From NCBI GenBank assembly GCA_964597525.1, contig CAZQXP010000001.1:1-47060 (forward strand): a stretch of 47,060 nucleotides of DNA, given 5' to 3'. The position numbers and the translations under genes were made by a program. This DNA comes from an uncultured Thermotogaceae bacterium. GTDB taxonomy: Bacteria; Bipolaricaulota; Bipolaricaulia; Bipolaricaulales; Bipolaricaulaceae. Position 1 is the stretch's first letter, and the number at the start of each line of letters is the position of its first letter. The notes under the pieces are model-generated. The model searched no databases. It saw only the letters and a program-made list of their open reading frames with translations, and was not told the DNA's origin. Positions 26,018 through 35,329 of this stretch are shown here, piece after piece.

Positions 26018-26911
26018 ATGTTGCGTTCCTCTTTGGTTTTGGAGGTTACGAGCGCCGTGCTTGGGGCGGCTCGGGAATTTCTAGCAAAAGAGGGCTTCGT
26101 TGAACTTCTTCCCGTGATCCTTGCGCCCGTCACGGATCCCTTGAGGACCACACCGGACCGGGCCATCGTTTCCGCATACGGCCAGGATTGGTACCTCACC
26201 CGCAGCATGATCTTCCATAAGCAGGCAGCTGTGCGGATTTGCCCAAAAATCTTCTCCTTTTCCCCTAACATTCGGTTGGAACCGGCTGAGCGGGCCAAAA
26301 CCGGCCGCCACCTTTTCGAGTTCGTCCAGCTGGATCTCGAGGTGCGAGAAGCCACAAGGGACGACGTGATGGATTTGGGCGAGCGCCTCCTCCTTTATGT
26401 CCTTTCCCAAATCCGGCGGGATTTCTCCCGGGAGCTAGCGAGGATTGGGCGGGAGCTTCCCGAGTATTCCCGGCCTTTCCCGCGCATCGCCTGGCATGAA
26501 GCCAAAGAAGCGTTCGGCCCGGATTTCGAGGAGCCTCTTTCCCGCCAAAGCAAAGGCCCCGTATGGATTGTGGATTTTCCCATCGATCAGCGGGAGTTTT
26601 ACGACCGGGAGGATCCGGAACGCCCGGGAATTTTGCGGGACATGGACCTCCTTTATCCGGAGGGGTTCGGCGAAGCCCTCTCCGGAGGCGAGCGGGAATA
26701 TCTCCCCGAACGCATTCGCCTGCGCATCCTCCGCCAAGGCCTTGATCCCGCAGCCTATACTGGGCTCATCGAGCTTGCGAAAGAAGGATTGCCGCCCTCC
26801 GCAGGCTTTGGCATCGGGGTAGAGAGGCTCGTGCGCTTTATCCTTGGGCTTTCCCATGTGGGCGAGGTTCGGCTTTTCCCGCGGGTTCCGGGCGTGCCGG
26901 CTATGCTTTAG
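26018..26911 (+). CDS. Class II aaRS catalytic-core paralogue of the AsnRS/AspRS type without an anticodon-binding domain (archaeal-type asparagine synthetase A-like)
   Basis: 297 aa. Strong RBS AAAGGAGG. Motif 2 FSPNIRLEPAERAKTGRHLFEFVQLDLEV. LSGGEREY. Motif 3 GFGIGVERLVRF. No OB-fold N-terminal domain. Confidence 0.7.
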   Translation: MLRSSLVLEVTSAVLGAAREFLAKEGFVELLPVILAPVTDPLRTTPDRAIVSAYGQDWYLTRSMIFHKQAAVRICPKIFSFSPNIRLEPAERAKTGRHLFEFVQLDLEVREATRDDVMDLGERLLLYVLSQIRRDFSRELARIGRELPEYSRPFPRIAWHEAKEAFGPDFEEPLSRQSKGPVWIVDFPIDQREFYDREDPERPGILRDMDLLYPEGFGEALSGGEREYLPERIRLRILRQGLDPAAYTGLIELAKEGLPPSAGFGIGVERLVRFILGLSHVGEVRLFPRVPGVPAML

Positions 26912-29271
26912 GCCAAGCGGGACCGCTTTTGGTCGTACATGCGGGCGTCGGCCTCCCGGAGGAGTTCTTCCGGCGTTTTCGGGCTTTGGGGGTGGTAGCT
27001 CGCGATCCCCGCGGAGAAATCGAGCACCAAGCCCAGATCCTGGGAGCGGCTCCAGGCCCGGAGTTTTTGGCGCAACCTTTTCACCGCTTCCTCCGCGCCG
27101 GCTTCGTCCGTCTCCGGAAGCACAAGGAGGAATTCATCTCCGCCGTAGCGGAAGACAAGGTCGCAAACGCGCAGGTTTTGAAGGAGGACTTTGGCCACAC
27201 CTTTCAGAACCTCATCGCCTTTGGCGTGTCCGAAGCGATTATTGACTTCCCGAAACCGATCGAGATCCAAAAGGGCCAAACTGAGGGAATGCCCATAGCG
27301 CTGGGCACGGCGGATTTCTCTTGTGAGCACCTCGAAGAGATACCGGCGGTTGTAAAGGTCGGTGAGGGGATCGCGCAGGCTCAAGTCGCGTAGGGCTTCT
27401 TTAGCCCGTAGCCCCTCCATGGTAACGGCCAAGAGCTGGGCCACCGCGAGGAGAAACTCCTCGTCCTCCTTGCGGAAACGGCCCAGCTCCACGCTTTCCA
27501 CATCCAAAACGCCCAAAAGTTCTGAACCAAAAAGGATGGGCACAGCCAATTCCGAACGGATCTCGGGATGGAGGGGAACATAGCGGGGATCTTCCCGGAC
27601 ATCGTCCACGCGCAGGCTTTGGCGCTCTCGGGCCACCCAGCCCACGAGCCCTGTTTCCTTGTTGAGACGCTGGCCCACAACGTAGAGGGGATCAGGAAGG
27701 GTGGAGTAAGCGGCAGCCACCACCAATTCCTCTCCTTGCGAGAGGAGAACCGCACCGAATTCGTAGCGCAACTCGCCACGGATGATCTCCAAGGCGCCAG
27801 GCAAAAGCTCTTCCACCGAGGAAAAGCGCGAAAGCTTATGGGCCAGACCGAATGCACCCCGAAGCCACTCCTTGTGCTTTTCTAGCTCCGCAAGCTCCGA
27901 AGCCCGTTCCACCGCCAAAGCGGCAAGGTCAGCAAAAACCTCAAGGGGAGCGAGCATTTCCAAGGTCGGCGCTTTGGGGGTCACCGGCTCATCCACGGAG
28001 ATATGCCCAATGATCCCCCGTTTTCCCCGCAATGGAATGAAGAGGAAATCGTCGGGGTGCCAACCCTCGGAGGCTTTGCGGCCGGGAAGGCCAATGCCCG
28101 GCCCCCAAGGGACTTGGTCGTAGGGGATGTAGTAGGAGCGGCTTATACGGAATTTTTCCTGAAACGCGAGCGGCCGGAGACGCGGAGGAAGCCCTCCTTG
28201 GGTTCGCAATTTTTCCTCTTCCTCAGGGGTGAGGCCTGCCGTAGCCATGGCCACGACGGGCCCCAAAAGGGGCGGATCGTGCCGAAGGTCGTAGAGGGAA
28301 ACCACAGCGCGCTGGAAGGGCGAATGGTCCACCACCGCTTGGGCAATGCGGCGCAGAATGGTGGGGATATCCTTCCCCGCAAGGATTTCCTGGGCCACAG
28401 AAAGCAGGCTTTCCCGCAGGCGCTCCGCCTCCGCTTCCCAAGTGACGTCCCGCACAACCCCTTGCACGGCGGGCCTGCCGGAAAGCTGCACCGCCCAAGC
28501 TTGGATCTCCACGGTCTTTACGCTGCCGCCCTTGGCCAGGGCGCGGAGGCGGTAGTGCCGTGGCGCGGGCTCTCCCCGTAACCTTGCCTCCAAATTCCGG
28601 CGAACCATTTCCCGATCTTCGGGATGAATGATTTCCCAATAGGGCCGGCCAAGGAGTTCCTCCTTTGGGTACCCGCTGATTTTCGTTATCCCCTCGTTCA
28701 CGAAAATGAAGCGACCGTCCTGGATGATGTAGACCCCGAAAAGCTCGTTTTCCACAAAACGGCGGTAGCGCTCCAAAAGCTCGTTCTTTTCTCTCTCCTC
28801 CAGGGTTCTCCCCAAAAAGAGGGCGAGGAAATGGGCGGAAAGCTCCAGGGTCAAGAGATCTTTGGAGCTGGGTTCCCAAGGGCGTTTGGCGGCCACCGCC
28901 AAAACCCCAAGCTCCCGGTCCTTGGCTAAAAGAGGAAGATAAACGGCGGTCTTGATTCCCTCGGCTTGGGTTTCCGGGTCGGAGAATTCCCGCCAAAGAA
29001 TGGGCCGGCGTTCTCCTAGAACTCGGCTAAAAATCGGATGGTCGCGGGGATTTTCCTTTGCCTTTTCCGCAAAAGTTTCCGAAAGTCCACGGTGGGCAAA
29101 AAGGGAAAAGCCTTGTTCCCCAAGGAGATAAACCGCGGCGGCATCCGCGCCCAAGAGGGGCAAAAGCTCGGCCAGCGCCTGATTACAGAAACTTTGGGGA
29201 TCCGGTGCGGAAATCCCCGCCTTGGCCAGCGCCGCCAAGATCTCGAGCTCCTTTTCCCTGGTGGATCCCAT
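26908..29271 (-). CDS. Multi-sensor diguanylate cyclase (GAF-PAS-GAF-GAF-GGDEF)
   Basis: C-terminal DPLTDLYNRRY...LDLDRFREVNNRFGHAKGD...RVCDLVFRYGGDEFLLVL: active GGDEF with an RxxD I-site at canonical spacing. The N-terminus has GAF- and PAS-like segments. Confidence 0.85.
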   Translation of the reverse strand: MGSTREKELEILAALAKAGISAPDPQSFCNQALAELLPLLGADAAAVYLLGEQGFSLFAHRGLSETFAEKAKENPRDHPIFSRVLGERRPILWREFSDPETQAEGIKTAVYLPLLAKDRELGVLAVAAKRPWEPSSKDLLTLELSAHFLALFLGRTLEEREKNELLERYRRFVENELFGVYIIQDGRFIFVNEGITKISGYPKEELLGRPYWEIIHPEDREMVRRNLEARLRGEPAPRHYRLRALAKGGSVKTVEIQAWAVQLSGRPAVQGVVRDVTWEAEAERLRESLLSVAQEILAGKDIPTILRRIAQAVVDHSPFQRAVVSLYDLRHDPPLLGPVVAMATAGLTPEEEEKLRTQGGLPPRLRPLAFQEKFRISRSYYIPYDQVPWGPGIGLPGRKASEGWHPDDFLFIPLRGKRGIIGHISVDEPVTPKAPTLEMLAPLEVFADLAALAVERASELAELEKHKEWLRGAFGLAHKLSRFSSVEELLPGALEIIRGELRYEFGAVLLSQGEELVVAAAYSTLPDPLYVVGQRLNKETGLVGWVARERQSLRVDDVREDPRYVPLHPEIRSELAVPILFGSELLGVLDVESVELGRFRKEDEEFLLAVAQLLAVTMEGLRAKEALRDLSLRDPLTDLYNRRYLFEVLTREIRRAQRYGHSLSLALLDLDRFREVNNRFGHAKGDEVLKGVAKVLLQNLRVCDLVFRYGGDEFLLVLPETDEAGAEEAVKRLRQKLRAWSRSQDLGLVLDFSAGIASYHPQSPKTPEELLREADARMYDQKRSRLA

Positions 29272-29331
29272 TGTTTTACCGTGGCCTGAATTTTAGAGGA
29301 AAAGCTGAGCTTGAGGCCAGCCGAGCGTTTC

Positions 29332-30141
29332 TCAGGCCCAAAAGGCGGCGATGGCCTCGATGAGGAGTTTCGCGGCGCACACCGCGGAGACGCCTGAAGG
29401 GTCCCAAATGGGGGCGAGCTCCACGAGATCCATCCCCAGGACTTTGAACCCCTTCAAGGCCCGGAAAACCTCGAGAACTTCCTTCCAGGAAAGCCCGCCC
29501 GGCTCGGGATTGGTCACACCCGGACAAAGCCCGGGATCCAAAGCATCGAGATCCAGGGTGAGCCAAACGGGGATTTGGGGATCTAGCTTCCCCAAAAAGT
29601 CCTGAGGATCTGCAAAAAAGGGCAAGGAAAGCTCGGGGCCGAAAAAGGATCGTGCGCCCAAAATCACCAGGTTCTCCGCGATCTCGCTGATCCTCCGGAG
29701 GGCGGTAGCGTGGCAGACCCGAAGGCCAAGATATTCCTCCCGAAGGTCGGAATGGGCATCGAGAGCGAGTACTTGGATGGGGCCGAACTTTCTCGCGGCC
29801 CGCACCGCCGGAATGGCCACGGTGTGCTCCCCACCCAAAATCACCGGGACTTTCCCGTCCCGCAGGATTCTCTCTGCTTTTGCTTCCGCTTCGGTGAGGA
29901 TTTCCTCCAGAGATCGGTAGGGATCAAGATCGCCGAGGTCACAGATTCTTGCGTCTCGCACGTCTTTTTTGAAGATGGCGGAGAAGAACTCCACGGAATC
30001 CGAGGCGGAGCGGATGGCATTGGGGCCTTGGGCTTGGCCGCCCCGCCAGCTCGTGGTGCGCTCCAGCGGGACGCCGAGGATCACCACCCGGGCCTCCTCG
30101 TAAGGAACATTGGTCCCAAGAAAGCTCAGGCGTTGGGGCAT
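29332..30141 (-). CDS. speB: Agmatinase / aminopropylagmatine ureohydrolase (arginase family)
   Basis: GGEHTV, LDAHSDL and LTLDLDALDP Mn-binding motifs. Start taken at MPQRLSF. Confidence 0.85.
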   Translation of the reverse strand: MPQRLSFLGTNVPYEEARVVILGVPLERTTSWRGGQAQGPNAIRSASDSVEFFSAIFKKDVRDARICDLGDLDPYRSLEEILTEAEAKAERILRDGKVPVILGGEHTVAIPAVRAARKFGPIQVLALDAHSDLREEYLGLRVCHATALRRISEIAENLVILGARSFFGPELSLPFFADPQDFLGKLDPQIPVWLTLDLDALDPGLCPGVTNPEPGGLSWKEVLEVFRALKGFKVLGMDLVELAPIWDPSGVSAVCAAKLLIEAIAAFWA

Positions 30142-30998
30142 GGGAGAAGAAGCTCCTTTACAAACGGCGGAAGAACACAAGCCGCGCGGAAAACCTCCGG
30201 GGTTAGATAGCGGGTCCGCAGGCCTCGGGCCCGATAACGCTCCCAAAGCACGTCTTCTCCAGGCAAGCTATCGAAGCACGCCAACACATAGCTCCACATC
30301 CCAGAAGGGTAAAGGGGCATAAACCCCAAATAGGGAACCACGGTGGGAAATAGGGAGCGGAGGAAGCCCACTACGCCCTGAATTTCCTCCGGCCGAAGGA
30401 AGGGGCTCCCCGTTTGGAGAGCAAGAATCCCCCCTTCTTTTAACGCCTCTCGACAGCTCCTAAAAAAGGCGGGTTCGAAGAGAGCCGCGCCCGGACCAAT
30501 GGGATCCGTGGAGTCCACAAGGATCGCGTCGAATTCCCCACGGTGTTGGGGAAGGAATTTCTCCCCGGGGCTCACCACCACTTCCACCCGGGGATCGTCA
30601 AAGGCGCCCTGATGCACGGAGGGAAGCCACTCTTTTGCGACTTCCACCACCTCCTGGTCGATCTCCACCAGGACGACTTTGCGCACGGGATGGCGGAGGG
30701 TTTCGCGCAGGGCGCCGCCGTCTCCTCCGCCCACGATGAGAACTCTCTCCGGGGAGGGATGGGAAAGGAGCGCGGGATGCACGAGCATTTCATGATAAAA
30801 AAACTCGTCGCGCTCGGAGAGCATAAACCGCCCATCCAGGGCCAGGACCCGGCCGTGGCTTTCCGTTTCCGCCAGGTCTAGGTCCTGGTAAGGCGTTCTC
30901 CGGCGGACGAGCCACCTTTGGACGCCCAGGCAAAACCAGAGACCTGGTGCCTGTTCCTCACATAACCAGTCCTCTCCCGGTTTTCTTCCGCCGGTCAT
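30126..30998 (-). CDS. speE: Polyamine aminopropyltransferase (spermidine synthase family)
   Basis: LDGRFMLSERDEFFYHEMLVHP, LIVGGGDGGALRE, VEIDQEVV, DSTDPIGP. Confidence 0.9.
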   Translation of the reverse strand: MTGGRKPGEDWLCEEQAPGLWFCLGVQRWLVRRRTPYQDLDLAETESHGRVLALDGRFMLSERDEFFYHEMLVHPALLSHPSPERVLIVGGGDGGALRETLRHPVRKVVLVEIDQEVVEVAKEWLPSVHQGAFDDPRVEVVVSPGEKFLPQHRGEFDAILVDSTDPIGPGAALFEPAFFRSCREALKEGGILALQTGSPFLRPEEIQGVVGFLRSLFPTVVPYLGFMPLYPSGMWSYVLACFDSLPGEDVLWERYRARGLRTRYLTPEVFRAACVLPPFVKELLLPCPNA

Positions 30999-31342
30999 AC
31001 GCGGATGCCCCGTTTGATCTCGATGAGGTTGTGGAGTTTGGGCCGGAACAGCTCCCGGAAGACCTCGAAGGCCGCCTCCGGGATCACCTTCTCGCCGCAG
31101 GTGAACACATCCAGGGCCACGTACTTGTGCTCGGGCCAGGTATGCAAGGAGATGTGGGATTCGGCGATTACGGCCACACCGGAAACGCCGTGGGGGTTAA
31201 AGGTGTGGACCTGAACGTCGATCAAGGTGGCACCGCTTCTTCGGACGGCCTCCACGAGGGCCTTCCGGATCGCCTCCGGGTTGTTGAGGTTTTCCTGGCA
31301 TTCCCAAAGCTCCACCACCAAGTGCCTCCCGAGCTCCCGCAT
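30995..31342 (-). CDS. speH: S-adenosylmethionine decarboxylase proenzyme (small pyruvoyl type)
   Basis: 115 aa. Self-cleavage and active-site block VAVIAESHISLHTWPEH. Confidence 0.9.
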   Translation of the reverse strand: MRELGRHLVVELWECQENLNNPEAIRKALVEAVRRSGATLIDVQVHTFNPHGVSGVAVIAESHISLHTWPEHKYVALDVFTCGEKVIPEAAFEVFRELFRPKLHNLIEIKRGIRV

Positions 31343-31370
31343 TGTTCACCTCCTCCCCGGGCAAGTTTTG

Positions 31371-31408
31371 GCCAAAAAACAACCCATTTGGGTTTTATCC
31401 CAAACGGG
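31371..31408 (-). terminator. Rho-independent terminator between the dhs-like gene and speH
   Basis: Minus strand: CCCGTTTGGG-ATAAAA-CCCAAATGGG (10-bp stem with one G-U pair) followed by TTGTTTTTTGG. Confidence 0.6.
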
Positions 31409-31477
31409 CCGACCACCCGAGCAAACTCGGGTCACGCCGAATTTTACCGGCGGTTGAGGAAGGAGGCTAGTAGGGAT

Positions 31478-32518
31478 TTAGGCAGGCAAATGTACAGGCT
31501 GATCCAACCATTCTGAAAGCCTTTTTTCCTGGCGGGCCCGCCATGTGCCTTTGTGGTAGACGTAGCTCACAAGAAGAGGGAAAACGAGCGTAGCTTCCGC
31601 CCACACCATTTCCGCAAGGCCCTGGGCCACCTTCCCCCAGGAGCTCGCTTCTTTCAGGGTTGAGCCGGAAAGTCCGCCGTCGCGCACGTCTGCCGTAGTA
31701 ATCTGAATCGCATATTTGTGCATGGGAACAGGAAAGCCCAGGACGTCCGCAGCCACCGTCACATCCTGCGCGAAATTCTTGGGTACACCTCCGCCGATCA
31801 TCACCAAACCCGTTTCTTTCGCGGCGATCTTGATGCGGGTGAGCTCGCGGAAGTCCCGCACGGAATCGATGGCCACATGAGATTCCGGCCTCTTCCACTG
31901 GTGCAAAACGAGACCGAAGCCGGCGCTGCAATCGGAGAAAGCGGGGATGAAAATGGGGATAGCTTTTTCATAGGCTACCCGCACGATGGAATCCTCGCCA
32001 AGCCCGCGCTCCACCAAATATCGCCCCATCTCTCGCACGAATTCCCGGGAGGAATAAACGCCGGGCGGAAGCGCATCGGCAATTTCGGTGACCGTATGAT
32101 CGCAAATCCTGAGCTCATCTTCGTCGATGAAGGTGTCGTAGATTCGGTCGATGTGGAGCTCTCGAAGCTCGTTGTCGTCCACATCCGGGCTTCCGATATA
32201 GTGTTTGAACCCCAGGGCCTCAAAGAAATCCTGGTCCACAATGTTGGCCCCGGTGGCCACCACGGCGTCCGCCATGTTGTGGCGGAGGAGGTCCACCACG
32301 CACAGTTTCAAACCCGCGTTGATGAGGGAACCGGCCAGGCAAAGGATGATGGTGCAGTCGCGGTCCGCCAGCATCTGATCATAAATTTTTGCCGCCCGCG
32401 CTAAATTGCGCGCCTGATAGGACATGTAGGCCATGGCCTCGAGGATGGGCACAGCGTTAAAGGATTTGGGATCGATGTGCCGGATGGGCTCCCGCAGGTA
32501 ATCTTCCTTTTTGGGCAT
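31478..32518 (-). CDS. Deoxyhypusine synthase family protein (bacterial DHS-like / homospermidine-synthase-like)
   Basis: ~346 aa. Full-length resemblance to DHS: ILCLAGSLINAGL, VATGANIVDQDFFEALG, IDRIYDTFI, MIGGGVPKNF. Confidence 0.8.
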   Translation of the reverse strand: MPKKEDYLREPIRHIDPKSFNAVPILEAMAYMSYQARNLARAAKIYDQMLADRDCTIILCLAGSLINAGLKLCVVDLLRHNMADAVVATGANIVDQDFFEALGFKHYIGSPDVDDNELRELHIDRIYDTFIDEDELRICDHTVTEIADALPPGVYSSREFVREMGRYLVERGLGEDSIVRVAYEKAIPIFIPAFSDCSAGFGLVLHQWKRPESHVAIDSVRDFRELTRIKIAAKETGLVMIGGGVPKNFAQDVTVAADVLGFPVPMHKYAIQITTADVRDGGLSGSTLKEASSWGKVAQGLAEMVWAEATLVFPLLVSYVYHKGTWRARQEKRLSEWLDQPVHLPA

Positions 32519-32527
32519 CCTCACCCC

Positions 32528-33130
32528 CTAAAAGAGGAAAACCGCGGCGGCGATGACCGTGGTGTAGCCCTTGTTGTCCACAATGGCGGATTGCGTCACG
32601 TTCATTGTGCGCACGATCTTCCCGCTGATTTTCCAGATCTCCTTTTTCTCGTCCCACACAAGCTCCTCGTCGAACTCGATTCCAAGGGTAGAGGCCAGCA
32701 TGGATGCCGCCAAATCCTCCGCCTTGTCCCCGGCCTGCTTTTCGTTTTCGCCGTACGCGTGGTACTCCGAAAGGTAGCCGTAGGCATTGGGATCCGCGGG
32801 GATCGCGCAGCCGATGGAGGCGGCGATGAGCCTGTGGGGTTCGTTCGAGGAACAGCGGGAGAAGACACAGAACGCGATTTGGCCAGGTTTCAGCTCTTTT
32901 AGGCCTTCCGAGCGGGGGATGATCTTGCAGCCCGGGGGGAGGATGCTCGAGACCTGAACGAGGTTGAGCTTTTCGATTCCCGCATCGCGCAAAGCGAGCT
33001 CGAAGGAGCGGAGCTCGTCCTTGTGCCTTCCCACCCCACGGGTGAAGAAAACTTTCCGGGGAACCAACGGCCAGGGAACAGCCGCAGGAGCCTCAGCCAC
33101 CGCCGGCGCCGGTTTCGTTTTCCTTGGCAT
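32528..33130 (-). CDS. pdaD: Pyruvoyl-dependent arginine decarboxylase
   Basis: [11 protein letters not shown] and the self-cleavage site [12 protein letters not shown]. Ala/Pro-rich N-terminal extension, so the start is uncertain. Confidence 0.8.
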   Translation of the reverse strand: MPRKTKPAPAVAEAPAAVPWPLVPRKVFFTRGVGRHKDELRSFELALRDAGIEKLNLVQVSSILPPGCKIIPRSEGLKELKPGQIAFCVFSRCSSNEPHRLIAASIGCAIPADPNAYGYLSEYHAYGENEKQAGDKAEDLAASMLASTLGIEFDEELVWDEKKEIWKISGKIVRTMNVTQSAIVDNKGYTTVIAAAVFLF

Positions 33131-33155
33131 GGTCAGGGCGATTATAGCGGCGAGG

Positions 33156-34211
33156 CTAAGTAGTGGCCGCCTCCTCGTCGGTAAAAATGTCCCCCGAATA
33201 CCGCACGTTTTCCACTTTGGGCTCCTCCACAAGCTCGATGCGGATGAGGGCCGAGCGGTACCAGGGCTCGAATTTTCCGGGCAACCGCCGCACCGGAAGG
33301 TAGGACCAGGCCCGCATGGTCTCGATATATGGCCAGTTTACGTATTCGTGGAAATTGGGGAAAAGGTCGGTGATGACCGCTCCCGCCTCAAGCAACGCAA
33401 GTTCAATTTTTCGCCACTTGGAAAGGGAAGCCTCGAGCCGGGTTAGGCCCAAATATCCGGCGCAGCCTGGGCCGCGCAGCGCGGAAATTCCCCGGTGGGC
33501 AAAGGCCAGATATCCCCGGAAACTTTCCGTGGGATCGCAAACGAAGGTATCGAAGCGCCGCAAAAGTTCCTTCGGCAAGGGCTCCCGAAGATCGTGCCGA
33601 AGGGCCTCCAGCTTCAAATTCCTTTCCCCGGCCACTTCCCGTAGGAAGCCCACAATCCGTGGGTCCACATCGAGAGCGACCACCTTTTTGGGAAGGCCCG
33701 TGAGGGCTGCGGCCAAAGAAACGAGGTCGTCGTCGCCCAAAACAAGGATCTCCTTTCCCGCTAGATCGCCTCGGGCAAAAAGGAGGGCGATCCGAGCCAC
33801 CGTGGTTTCCTCGGTGACGTACCCCTGGTCGAACTCTTGGGTGGCCTCTGGCCGGTTTTGCGCAAGCTCGTGGAACTTTTGGGCTAACTCCCGAAACGGC
33901 GCCAGGAGAAGGCCGCGGCCGCGGCAGTGGGGGCAGCGCAATTCTTGTGCTGGTGCAATTCCTAGCTTTTCCGCAGCTTCCTTCCCTTCCTCGGTCACAA
34001 TTACCGCAAGCGGCCCGAACTGGACCCAGCCCATCTCCGCAAAGGCCTCAAGTGCCTCGCATGTGGCCAAAACGGGGATGCCCGCGAGGTCCACAATGCG
34101 CCAAATATCCGAAGAGGCCAGGGCTGCGGAAAGAACTCGCGTCACATCCCGCGCGGTTGTGGGTATCCCGTGCTTCTCCTCGATCCTTTTCGCGATTTCC
34201 CCAAGCTGCAC
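33156..34211 (-). CDS. bpsA: N4-bis(aminopropyl)spermidine synthase-like (BpsA/DUF43 branched-chain polyamine synthase)
   Basis: 351 aa. Winged-helix-like N-terminus, [24 protein letters not shown] and DVDPRIV Rossmann motifs, FVCDPTES. Confidence 0.7.
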   Translation of the reverse strand: MQLGEIAKRIEEKHGIPTTARDVTRVLSAALASSDIWRIVDLAGIPVLATCEALEAFAEMGWVQFGPLAVIVTEEGKEAAEKLGIAPAQELRCPHCRGRGLLLAPFRELAQKFHELAQNRPEATQEFDQGYVTEETTVARIALLFARGDLAGKEILVLGDDDLVSLAAALTGLPKKVVALDVDPRIVGFLREVAGERNLKLEALRHDLREPLPKELLRRFDTFVCDPTESFRGYLAFAHRGISALRGPGCAGYLGLTRLEASLSKWRKIELALLEAGAVITDLFPNFHEYVNWPYIETMRAWSYLPVRRLPGKFEPWYRSALIRIELVEEPKVENVRYSGDIFTDEEAATT

Positions 34212-34214
34212 CGC

Positions 34215-35312
34215 TCACCTCCGTTTTATCACCAAAAGCTCTTCCTTTGGGAAGGAGGAAAGGACGCGGGCTCCATCTTCGCCGACGGCTACCACGTCCT
34301 CGATGCGGATCCCAAACTTTTGAGGAAAATACACGCCGGGCTCCACGGTGACGACGTTTCCAGCCATAAGGACATCTTCGGAGGTTGTGGAGAGGCGAGG
34401 GCCTTCGTGAACTTCAAGACCAAGCCCGTGGCCGAGGCCATGGCCGAAATTCTCGGCATAACCGGCCTCCTCAATGAGGCGGCGGGCCTGAGAGTCCACG
34501 TCTTTCCCGGGGACGCCGGCGCGCAACGCCCGAATCCCCGCCTCATTTGCGGAAAGGACGAGCTTATAGATGCGCACCACCTCAGGATCCGCTTCGCCCA
34601 GGGCCACAACCCTGGTGATATCCGCGCAGTATCCGTCCATTTTGGCGCCGATGTCGAAGAGGACGACCTCCCCTTTCCGCAGGACGTGGTTTCCGGCGCG
34701 GTGGTGGGGAAGGGCGCTTTCCGGGCCCGCGGCGACAATAAGCTCGAAGGCCACGTCATCCGCCCCTTCCTTTCGATACCAGAACTCCAGTTCTAAGGCC
34801 ACCTCTTTTTCCCTCATCCCCGGCCGAAGACGCCCAAGAATCCATTGGAGCCCAGCTTCCGTGAGCTCCACCGCTTCGCGGATCTTTGTTATCTCCGCTT
34901 CCGACTTCACACGCCTTAATTCCTCCACCGGAGCGCCGACGGGCACAAACTCAAGATCTTCCCCCGCTTTCTTGAGCTCCTCAAAAAGGTGAAGGGTTGT
35001 GCGGGCACTTCCGATTCCTACGTGTTTTATGCCCATTTGCCGAAGTTTCTCCACCACTTGGGGAAGCCAACGCCCCCTCACCTCCAAAACGGGGAGATCC
35101 ACCTCGGCTTTGGCCTGCTCCGTATAGCGTGGATCCGTGAGAAAAAGGCTTTCTTCCGCGAGGATGAGGATCCCGAAAGTTCCCGTAAATCCCGTAAGAT
35201 ACCGCAGGTTCGGCTGCTCGGAGCCCTCTACATTCACCACAAGGAAGGCATCGAGCCCTTTCTCCCGGATCTTTTGCCAAAGTTTTTCCCGACGCGCGAG
35301 AAGTTCGCCCAT
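34215..35312 (-). CDS. Xaa-Pro aminopeptidase (M24B)
   Basis: Start at MGELLARREKLW. Creatinase-like N-domain. Metal ligands in VLFDIGAKMDGYCADITR, HGLGHGLGLEVHE and VTVEPGVY...IRIED. Confidence 0.85.
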   Translation of the reverse strand: MGELLARREKLWQKIREKGLDAFLVVNVEGSEQPNLRYLTGFTGTFGILILAEESLFLTDPRYTEQAKAEVDLPVLEVRGRWLPQVVEKLRQMGIKHVGIGSARTTLHLFEELKKAGEDLEFVPVGAPVEELRRVKSEAEITKIREAVELTEAGLQWILGRLRPGMREKEVALELEFWYRKEGADDVAFELIVAAGPESALPHHRAGNHVLRKGEVVLFDIGAKMDGYCADITRVVALGEADPEVVRIYKLVLSANEAGIRALRAGVPGKDVDSQARRLIEEAGYAENFGHGLGHGLGLEVHEGPRLSTTSEDVLMAGNVVTVEPGVYFPQKFGIRIEDVVAVGEDGARVLSSFPKEELLVIKRR

Positions 35313-35329
35313 GGCAAGGGCATTGTAAT

